DNA from: Octopus bimaculoides
Taxonomy: Eukaryota
Reading direction: 5' to 3'
Length of the DNA stretch: 32,807 nt
Assembly (NCBI RefSeq): GCF_001194135.2
Contig: NC_068983.1
Coordinates: 77,976,291-78,009,097 of the forward strand
Positions 23,581-32,807 of this stretch are shown here, piece by piece (the first letter of the stretch is position 1; the number at the start of each line of letters is the position of its first letter). The position numbers were made by a program, and so were the translations under genes. The notes beneath the pieces are model-generated. The model was not told the origin of the DNA. It did not search any database and saw only the letters and a list, made by a program, of their open reading frames with translations.

Positions 23581-24229
23581 GTGAGCTGACGAGAATGGCT
23601 CCTTTGCACATCACACGGTCGATACAATAAAAATGAAAAGAATAAATGTGTATATGTGCCAGAAGGAAAAGAAAGACACAACCGGGTAGAATGTTTAAGA
23701 GAAGATTTTATTGATAGGTTAACATGTGTGAGTGTGCGTCATATACACATAATAATAGACAGGCCGTCGTGAGAACAAAGTGTGTGTGTACAAACATGGA
23801 TGTACGCATGTGTGGTAAGTACAGAGCATTGAAAGAGTAGAATATGACGTTAGAAGACTGTTCAGACACAAGTTGATAAATACCAGTTCGTAGTCAAGGT
23901 ACACGATAGTTGAAATGCTGTATCAAGAAGTTGTGGCTGCAATGCAGAGCCGGTTGAGGTACTGTCATACAAGTAGTTGTGGCTACGATGCTGCTGCCAG
24001 TCATTTGGTACTGGAGTTCTCGCAGTTTGTATTTCTTGCTAACTATGGGGAAGTAATTCACAAACAGTGTTGTGGTAGAACCTGTGCGAGTGTTGCTTAT
24101 TGCTGTGTATGTAGAGAGATGATGTTGACGACGTCAAGAAAATGGAGGCGATGAAGAAAGAGATTGCCGTTGGTCGAGTGTTAATGAGTCTCCATGTGGC
24201 TTGTGTTGTGTTGTCCCTGGAACTGGCTG
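23581..24229 (-). mobile_element. About 650-bp LTR-like non-coding insertion splitting the integrase
   Basis: The integrase reads ..FKVGEKVCMRT up to about 24230 and resumes RNEKENWEDG at about 23577. The intervening CA-rich sequence has AATAAA near its 3' end; termini and TSD are not clearly resolved. Confidence 0.45.
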
Positions 24230-24782
24230 TGTCCTCATACACACCTTTTCACCAACTTTAAAGAATCTTGCTATGTCTTCCCGGGCACTTTTCCTTTTCT
24301 TGCCAGGTAGCAAATTATCAAAGACTGATTTTACTGTTCTTGCAAGCATCCGCTCTGCTGGTGAACCAACTCCTGGTGTATTCGTATTTAGTGTCATACG
24401 GTACACTCGTAAAAAGTTTTGTGGAGCTACCTCATCCGTGACTTCCTTATTCGATTTTCTAGGGGCTCTTTTGAAAGCATCGACAAAGCATTCTGCCTGT
24501 CGATTAGGTCTGGACGGTGTGGCGCCGTAGTTACATTTTCTACCACGAACGTTTCACTATATATTTTAAAATTTGCTAGACACAAATTGCGTTTCATTGT
24601 CAGAGACTATCTTGTCTGGGATGCCAAATCTTGCAAACAATTCGTGTAAAAAATGTATCGCAGTTGAGGAGGTCGGTTTTTACACTTGCGAATTTCAGGC
24701 CATATCAAAAACTATCAACTACCACTAAGCAGCATGAAACATATAAAGAACCAGCGAAATCGATGTGTAGTCTCCACTACGG
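24230..24782 (-). mobile_element. Gypsy/Ty3 (K02A2.6-like) integrase core, decayed
   Basis: P*WRLHIDFAGS..LVVVDSF..FLHELFARFGIPDKIVSDNETQFVS..APHRP..NRQAECFVDAFKRA..QNFLRVYRMTLNTNTPGVGSPAERMLARTVKSVFDNLLPGK; DDE residues recognisable. Confidence 0.88.
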
Positions 24783-25610
24783 ATACTTGGATTTTTTGTT
24801 TACATATCTAAGGCTTAGAAACTCGTGGGGTCTATGGTATGGTTCAAAAAGCTCAGAATTTAGATTTAAGTGTTACGCCTAGAAAATTTACTATTTTATG
24901 ATCAGTTTCAATTGTTATAGATGGTCCAAAGTCTTTAAAGAACTTAAACAGATTTTTTTCTGCATTTTTAAAGAACTTATACAATTTGTTTCTAAATTAC
25001 TACACTTTTTCCAGTAGGAAAAGAGCATAATTACTATATAGACCCCACAACTCACAAACACTAAACTACGAAGCCAGGATTCCACCTGGAAACGAATGTA
25101 AAATCCGACGAGATCAGTAATCTGCACTGAGTCGTTTGGTCGCGTTGTTATGTTGAAACATTCCATTCTATCTGACCTGATCTATAGTTTATTATCGTAA
25201 TCAATTATTGTGTTACGAGCAGCTAGTATAATATCTATCTTATGTTTGCATAAATTAGAGTTGTGTGTGGTGAATATAATTGCTTTATTTAGTAATATTG
25301 GATTAACAGAGGAACAGCTATTAGAGATATCAAGTTGTATAAACTTACTGATATATTTATTTTCCAGACTTCTGAACGAACGAATAACATCCAGTATGTC
25401 AAGTCATAGCATAAGTTTAATTATGAATCTTTGAGTTGATAAGATTCTATTTATATTAGTTTTACTGATTCCACCTACATTCGATTCAGTTGGATATATT
25501 AACCTAACTGTTGGATGGCTGTGAAACTCAATTTTATGGTCCTGAAGATTAATTGCAGGCTTTCTAGGTGTATATGGTTTTATTCTATATTCTGTCCCCA
25601 ACTCTGTAAC
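24783..25610 (-). mobile_element. Penelope-like element reverse transcriptase, decayed and truncated at both ends
   Basis: RKPAINLQDHKIEFHSHPTVRLIYPTESNVGGISK..KFIQLDI..LLNKAI..IDIILAAR..FNITTRPNDSVQITDLVGFYI..GLYSNYAL (for GLYRDDGL)..ITIETDHKIVNFLGVTLNLN..YVNKKSKYP. No GIY-YIG domain remains. Confidence 0.85.
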
Positions 25611-25616
25611 TATTTC

Positions 25617-26020
25617 CATCGTTCCCATCTCTAGCTTTATGTGATACACACGGACTCAAGTTTCTGAGTGGTTACACGTCATCAGCGTGTGTTAATCACC
25701 AGCTAGTAATAAAAACACACCCCACTCGCAAAATTCTATATGCTTTTTCCAGCGACGAACCGTCTCTGATCTTGGAAAGGGAGAAATATGTTATATTACA
25801 TCTATGAGCGAGATGTAAACAGTAGCAATACGGAATCGTAACATATAATTGCCAACTAAGTGTGGCGTCCTATACGAGACGGTGTTACTGGTGTTTATAG
25901 CGCCAGGAAGACATCTCTTCTAGCTGGTTATCGACGCACATTCTGTGTTCAATTCGTATTTGCGAGGAGAGGTCATCGCTCCCCTCCCTAGCCTTATGTG
26001 ATACACACGGACTCGAGTTT
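25617..26020 (-). repeat. Direct repeat pair 25617-25663 / 25974-26020 defining a 357-nt unit (PLE pseudo-LTR or retrozyme-like monomer)
   Basis: The 33-nt core CTAGCYTTATGTGATACACACGGACTCRAGTTT matches at 31/33 at an offset of 357; weaker homology extends 14 nt further. Confidence 0.85.
25646..25692 (-). ncRNA. Minimal type I hammerhead ribozyme motif (degenerate stem II)
   Basis: Minus strand ACACACG-CTGATGA-cgtgtaaccactca-GAAA-C-TTGA-G-TC-CGTGTGT: perfect 7-bp stem I, intact core, 1-bp stem III with tetraloop, GUC cleavage triplet. Confidence 0.75.
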
Positions 26021-26094
26021 TAGATGGTCCAGAATTAGAAATTGAAAAAAATAAGTACTAGATTAAGTTAACTGCGAATGTCAACATGTTCGTC

Positions 26095-26165
26095 TAAACC
26101 TCTTAAAGGTGTTGTCCCTGCATGGCTGCAGTCCATCAACTGCAACCAATGAAAAGAAAAAGAAA
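26095..26165 (+). mobile_element. SINE 3' end fragment
   Basis: aaaggtgttgtccctgcatggctgcagtc..aaaagaaaaaga resembles a common octopus SINE tail from memory. Confidence 0.3.
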
Positions 26166-26900
26166 TCACATATTTGTTACGTATTAAATTCCACATCTAT
26201 CTGTTCAGAACAACCAGTTATTTTGTTAGGCTTTTGTTATGATGTACCAATTTATTTTTCCTTTGTCATTTAAAATAATAGATCCAGTGGAGGAACATGT
26301 AGATGTTAATGAATTTATAAATATGATTTCATGTTTCTCTAGATGTTTCCAGTCTCCTAATTTAACCTTTCTTTTATTTCTTGTATATATTCTTTCCCTT
26401 GCTGTATCACCTTCATTTTCTATTTATCATCTCTCCCTGTGTTTCTCTGACCTTCTATCCCCTTCTCTCTCTACCTTTACAATTCTAAAGTCTCTACATT
26501 TATCAACTTTTTATTTTCCTACTATTATTCTAACTGGCTTCTCCTCTTTCGCATATTATTCATCTTTTTTACTGGTGTCTCTTCCAGATCATCTGAAACA
26601 CTTTTCCATTCTTTCCTTTTACACTATCAGCTCTACTTCATTACCAATATCCTCATCATCGTAGTTGTTGCTATCATCATCATTATAATCAGCAACTGCA
26701 GCAGCAACTGTAGCCGTCGTAGTAGCTGCAAAGACAGCATTACCATCATTATATCATCACTACCACCTTATTCGTATGTTGTTTTTATCCTTCCACTTTC
26801 ACACATTACCTTCTCAAACATTTCCTCTTCGTCCCTCTTCGTTTTGCCTGACCACCATTTTTCCGTCTTTCTTGCTCTCTATTTCTCTTGCATACGGTTT

Positions 26901-26904
<4 letters not shown>

Positions 26905-26938
<34 letters not shown>
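26905..26938. repeat. (CT)n microsatellite within a pyrimidine-rich tract
   Basis: Direct read. Confidence 0.9.
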
Positions 26939-26945
<7 letters not shown>

Positions 26946-27494
26946 GTCTGTCCATCTATTTCTTTATCTTTATCTATTTTTATCTCTATGTACCTATCCA
27001 CATGCTTCCATTTTATGTACACATAACTGACTAACCTGTGAAGAGTAGTTGATAGATTCATGTCTTGCTGCTCATCTTTCCCCTTTTTATCTCGTTATCT
27101 GCCAACATTAATTTTGCCAGTCTACAGATTCTATATAAAACCTTTAGTTTTGAAAGAAAGCAGGAAACTAACCAGTTCTTTGACATAATGACAAGACTAT
27201 AATCCGTTAGATAATACTAAATCATCGTACAACCGATAAACATCATGTCCAATAACATCATGTATGATTTAACCAATGACGTTATATTTAGTTTAATAAT
27301 GCTTTCAGAATTATACACAGTAAGAAATACACGGTAGCGGTACTCATATTTTTTCCATAAGAATTACTGCAGTAACTAGAAACTATTAGAATTTTGATAA
27401 TAAATGAAAAGTAGGTCGTAAATGCGAGTTGATAAGAACTTACGAACGCAACCACAAAATAAGATCTATTGGATTAATTCCTGAATCATAGTAG

Positions 27495-27516
27495 CTGTTG
27501 TTGTTGCTGTTGTTGC

Positions 27517-27547
<31 letters not shown>

Positions 27548-27600
27548 GGCGGTGGTGGTGGTGGTGAGCTTCTGCTGTTGTTGTGCTGCTGCTGTTGGAG
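27495..27600. repeat. (GTT)n/(GGT)n/(GCT)n compound repeat abutting a minus-strand retroposon tail (27600-27790)
   Basis: Direct read; tail similarity to 21410-21650. Confidence 0.8.
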
Positions 27601-28379
27601 AGGGTGGTGATTTTTAATCTTCTGATCCACTCTAATTGAGCAGATCAATGCATTCCTGCTGAGCCAGTCCTGTCCTTTCAGAGGCATTTAAGACTTTATT
27701 ATATTTTGGATCCTCTCTTTCGCAAGACGGTAGAGTGCAATTTAAAAGACATTTGGCAGCTATTTATAGTCAACGGAGTAACTACGTAGAAGATCATTCT
27801 TGAGTCATGGTTGGAAGGAAAGTAAATATTACCACAAACTGTTATGCTTAAACATTTCACAGTCATTGTGAATTGTCTTCCTTGGACAATACATAATAAA
27901 CTTTGACGTTTGCACTCTTTTCAAGCCTCCACAACTACTAGTCTTCTATTTGCATCCTAAACACCTTATTCAACCATACACAAACACATTGAAGAAAGAC
28001 GGTGTAACATTCTTTAATAATATTGATCAAATCTTATATTTTACGACAGTTTTAAGATTCAGTCACTACGCACCCTTACCATCAACCTCAATAGTGCTTA
28101 ACGTGATCCTTCATGATTGTTATAAATTCTAGGGCTTCAGTCAACACCATCATCATCTCTCATGGTGAACGCATTTACCCAACATGACAAAACTGTATCG
28201 CAAAGGTTGATTTCTTAATGTCTGCAAAAATAAGTTAGCTCCCAACAATTCCAATAGACTTTGTGGCTATTTGAAGTAGATCAAGCAACAATGTAGAGAT
28301 TCCCTCACCAAGTATCTGGCCATGTTGTTTATCAATATGTAACTGTTTAGTACTGTGTATATTCTTATATTATTGTTCT

Positions 28380-29303
28380 TACATTGAAGGGTTGGTTGTT
28401 TTCCTGTTTTCTTTACAGACTTTAAACAGGGGAGTGGTGGGCAGTTGAATGGCAGTTTGTGGTAGCTTGTTCCATGAGGCTGCGATACGAACGGGGAGTG
28501 CAGCCTTCCGCCTCTTGAGTCGAAAGTTTCGGTGATAGAATTTGCGATCATGCCCACGAAGACCCCTATCCAGCACAGGGGTGAAAAACTCCGTAAATGG
28601 TAGGGTTACATTCCCGTTGAAAACGTTGAAAGCCAGGATGAGATCTCCCCACATCCTCCGTCATTCAAGTGAAGGTAATGCCAGCCGTTGGAGACGTTCC
28701 TCATACGTAAGCTTAGACAAACCCGCGACCATTCGGGTGCTAAGTGCTGAACTCGTTCCAGGTGTTGAATGTCTTTCTGGAGATATGAATTTGAGGCCTG
28801 GGTGCAATATTCGAGGATGGGTCGAACTAGGGTGACGTATAAAGGGCGAAAGGCGTCCATTGAAAGGTTGACAAAGGACCGGCAGATGAGAAAAAGATTT
28901 ATTCTGGCTTTGTTCGCCGCCTCGATATACTGCCGTATTGGTTTGAAAGTAGTATCGATCATTATGCCGAGCTGCTTTGCTTCCGTGACCATCTTAAGAC
29001 GTTGGTGTTTGAGGCCAATAGTCAAGGGAGAGTTTGGAGCTGAACCTTTTGGCAAATGGCTGCATTTTAAGGCGTTCAATAACAGATTCCATTCTTCCGC
29101 CCAATTCCAAGCTCGATTCAGCGACGATTGGAGTATGTCGTATTGATTCCTAGGCGAGACAAGTTTGACGTTATCTACAAATAGGATGACTCTTTCATCA
29201 AGAAAATCTAGCAGGTCGTTGATGTAAAGAAGGAAAAGTATTGGCCCCAGCGCTGACCTCTGGGGAACGCCTTGCAGGCATTCGTCTGCGAGGAGAGATC
29301 TCT
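28380..29303 (-). mobile_element. 5'-truncated CR1-type LINE (RT C-terminal half to ORF end)
   Basis: GVPQRSALGPILFLLYINDL..LFVDNVKL..WAEEWNLLLNALKC..LGIMID..LYVTLVRPILEYCTQA..LERVQH(frameshift)ATRMVAGLSKLTYEERLQRLALPSLE*RRMWGDLI..LRGHDRKF..WNKLP. Confidence 0.9.
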
Positions 29304-32258
29304 ATTTATCTGCACCCGAAAGGTTCGATGACTCAGGAAGTAAGAAATCCACAAAGTCACCAATATGTCCATATTTATGCAAGTGAGTGAGTGAGTGTGT
29401 GTGTGCGCGCGCGAGCATATCTATGTCTGTGTGTTCGTATGCATTTATGTGTGGCTGCATCGACAATTTATTTACAAATATCAAGATTTTAAAATACTGT
29501 CTCAAATTATACTTGCAAAAGTTTCAAACTTAGAAAAGTTATGTTTACATATCAAGTATGAGAGTAACAAAGCCACACTACGAGTTTCTAAATGCTGAGT
29601 TCAATTCCATTTCAGTTATTGTATAGTGAATGTATTCAAAACATTTAATTCTACTGGGGATGTATCTTGGTGGCAATTATTGTGAGGGAGTTGTTTCTTG
29701 AATTTTTAAATCGGAGTGTAACAATGAAAATGCACAGAATATGTATTTTCTTTTATACCTATTAAAACAATCTTAATTTTTTTCCGTCATAGGCAGTCAT
29801 ATAAAGTGTCATATTATCCTTTGAAATCATTTAATTCTATACATTTCAATTTACCTACTTCTAAAATAGTTTCCAAGATATAGAGAGTAGTGTTCTGTTT
29901 ATGCATGTAACTCTGGTCGTTTTGATAACAATAAAGAGAGCATGAGGACTTACTCTTATATAAATATACATACCCTCAAGCTAAGGTTTAATTCGTCAAC
30001 CTATTTGAATAACAGAAAATTACGTCTTCTCCAATTGCTTTATGATTTCAAGCACCAGCAAACCAATGTTTTTCAGTTTCCAATGTGACATGTCATTTAA
30101 GAAAATATTTATTCAACCTTCTTGACAAATATTGACGGTCAAAACCTCATGATACGCTGAAATATTGAACATGGGAGTTCAATCCGTGGATTGTTAATCG
30201 AACACGATTGCGAACAAGCCCATTAGACATTTGACTCTGAAACACTAAAATTCATAATAAAGATCAAGTCTCCTTTTTAACTCAGCCATAATGAAAACAA
30301 CAAAGTATTTATAGTATTTGTCACACTACGTATGTAAATGTTACACTTAAGAAGTATTGAGAATATTTCATTAAATGAGGCATCAGTGTCGATATCATAC
30401 ACGACGTAATTGTAATTTAAATGCAAAACATGTCTAACTTTGAAATTTTGAAAGATTCGTGATAGAATGTAATCAATTAAGAACTTTGCCAAAGAATATG
30501 GTAGTGAACATCAATGAAAATATATGTACTCCTATAAACATATTTAATCTCCTAACAGCGTTGTAATTAGCGTTTTGTGATGACTACTTAGAAAGTGTGC
30601 TTGAAATTATAGGATTCCTGATTTATTTTACAATCCTTCGTGTTCAATGTGAAAACTTATTCACCATTTACGCAAGTTAATCTAAAAATTAAATCAGACG
30701 CAAAATTCGGTATTGTTTAGTGAATCAGATAATGAAGTACAATATTTGATTTTTCCTTGCTTTAAGGAAATTTATTGCTAAAGAGCTGAATGCTACTATT
30801 CAAAATTCTACAGAGAGAGAAGTAACTTATGTTATTAGTGTAATGTTTGTATAAAATGGTACACTATTTAGTGATGTGACCGAGTTTGAACTTATGACAT
30901 TCACATCACTAAACCAGTACATTTACCAATTGATTAGTGTAGTTCATTAAACAAGATATTAATATCAATGAAACTAAGACGTCAGATAAGGAATAATATT
31001 TTTTATTGATTGCTTTTAAATTATAAAAGAATGTTAATTTTTGTAATCTTTACATGATTTTTTTGTAATCTCTACATGATTATCTTTTTTATCATCTCTT
31101 TCACTTGATAAATGATGTTTTGAATAATGAGATCTCAAGTTAACTTAGAGTTTTACTATCATACACAGAGCCAGAGGATAGTCAATATGTCGCCAAACAA
31201 AGAGTTACACTTCTCCAAAAGTAGTAACAACATTTATAATTTACTAATATTAGTCATACAACGGTGCACTTAACATATATTTTAATAAACATTTATTAAT
31301 GTGCTTTAAATTGTACAGTTTTAAATCTTACCTATAAAATTAAACAATATGCTGCACGCAAAACGAAATCTCGAGAAATAAGTAGTGCACCAACAACTAC
31401 CTAAAATGAAAATACCATATCCTCTTACATTCATAATAAAACCGATAATGTGCAAGGCGTATTTAAATAGAAAGGGGAAAATAAGCATAGTTTTAGCGAT
31501 TTAATGACGAGTTATTACAATAGCTTCATCAAAATGTATTTTTAATATATCATTTCATTAATCTTTTTTTTTAATATATACGAACAAAACCAAAAGGAAA
31601 AATATTAACATTATCTAATATTACAATATTCAAGCTTGGTTAATAACGAAACGTGTGATATAATAATCTTTCTTGGGTTACAACATGACTGTATCATTTG
31701 TCCATTTTATTTTCCTGACCTACTTGCAGTTACTTCTCACTACAAATACATCAGTCCTCAAAATATACTAGTTGTCAGTTTTACTTGGAATTCTATAGCC
31801 AGATGTCAACTACACTCTGTCAAAAGATATCATACAAAACTTGTACTTTCTCAAAGAATTAAGACCTCGAAAGTATATTCCAGTTGGGATATGGCAACAT
31901 ATTCTTTTCCAACAATACAAATCACACGCAAAAGAAATGTCAAAAAAACAAAACTGCTCTCAACTTACAAAGAAAACTTTGATTGAAAACAACATCGAAA
32001 CTTGCTATTCCATTTAATCTCAGAATCTAAAATCAGTATTGTTGGCTTACAGAGAAACTTATAGTTCCAAATTGTAATTATTATGGACTAAACCATTTGA
32101 ATGAAAGATTAGGCATATTGCTAATATAAAGAGCAGAAGAATAATGTTTGCACAGGTGAAATAATACGCACACTTTTCGGAAGCAGTCTGGACACTATTC
32201 ATAAAACAGACTTTTTCGCGCGAGCACGTTTGTATGCGTGCGTGTGTGAGAGAGAGAA

Positions 32259-32480
32259 GGGGTGCATAGCCTAGTGATTAGAGTGTTGCACTGACAATTG
32301 CGAGATCGTGGTTTCATGGACCAAGTGGTGCGTTGTGTTTATGAGCAAACACTGGAACTCACGACGCTCTACGATCACTTCAACACTTGATGCGTAGTAC
32401 GCCGGCGTCGATTTGATAGAGAGTATGAGCTAACGTAGAGCACACACATTTGAACGCTATACAAGAATCATTTATATAGG
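32259..32480 (+). mobile_element. Degenerate tRNA-derived SINE
   Basis: GGTGCATAGCCTAGTGATTAG (A box), GATCGTGGTTTC (broken B box), then GCGTTGTGTTTATGAGCAAACACT, similar to the GCGTTGTGAGTGTTTATTGAGCGAAAATACCT block at about 10970-11000. Confidence 0.6.
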
Positions 32481-32807
32481 TCGTTCAGCAATCACTTAAC
32501 ACCCACACATCGTCTTCGAAGAGAGATTCCATCATGTTTATGCGCATGCTGTGTGTGTGTGTATGTGTGTATGTATAATTTATTATGATTCCAATTAAAC
32601 CATTGGAAATAAATTACCAGTTGTTATAACTCAACAGCTTTACATTTCACACTACATCAGCGAATTAGTACAATGCGTTATATTAAGTTGCATAAATACT
32701 TAAATTAACTAAGTAATACGTAATTCATGTTCTACTGTCGTTCATTTATATATATAGATATGTGTGGTTAATACACACACACTCACACACACACACACAT
32801 ATATATA

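Noticed and set aside
23585-23630. CTGACGA on the plus strand as a possible hammerhead (also CTGATGA on minus at about 19110)
   Set aside because: No GAAA with a closable stem II and no stem I complementarity.
25617-26020. The direct repeats as a TSD or a CRISPR-like array
   Set aside because: 47 bp is too long for a TSD, the repeats coincide with ribozyme arms, there are only two copies, and the context is eukaryotic.
28542-29146. Plus-strand ORFs of 97 and 125 aa
   Set aside because: Antisense to the CR1 RT.

Overview
AT-rich, microsatellite-dense eukaryotic DNA with three assembly gaps (N at 11581-11663, 16902-17452, 22831-22964). The SINE and LINE types look like an Octopus/cephalopod genome; this is my recollection, not verified. 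I cannot identify any intact protein-coding gene, and nearly all track ORFs are microsatellite artefacts, antisense frames or pieces of decayed transposons. Recognisable by translation: a Buster/Charlie-type hAT transposase relic, two L1/Tx1-type 3' fragments, a mariner-like relic, an R4/Dong-type element sitting in (TAA)n, an RTE/BovB 3' end, a CR1-type 3' half, several tRNA-derived SINEs and a tRNA-Thr-like sequence. The most interesting region is a minus-strand composite at about 22.7-26.0 kb. A 357-nt unit bounded by hammerhead-ribozyme cleavage-site motifs leads into a Penelope-like RT. That RT joins, in the same reading frame, a Gypsy-type integrase that is split by an LTR-like insert and followed by a PPT and 3' LTR. 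A few splice-site-bounded open segments may be host exons; one of them is split by a SINE with a perfect 12-bp TSD.
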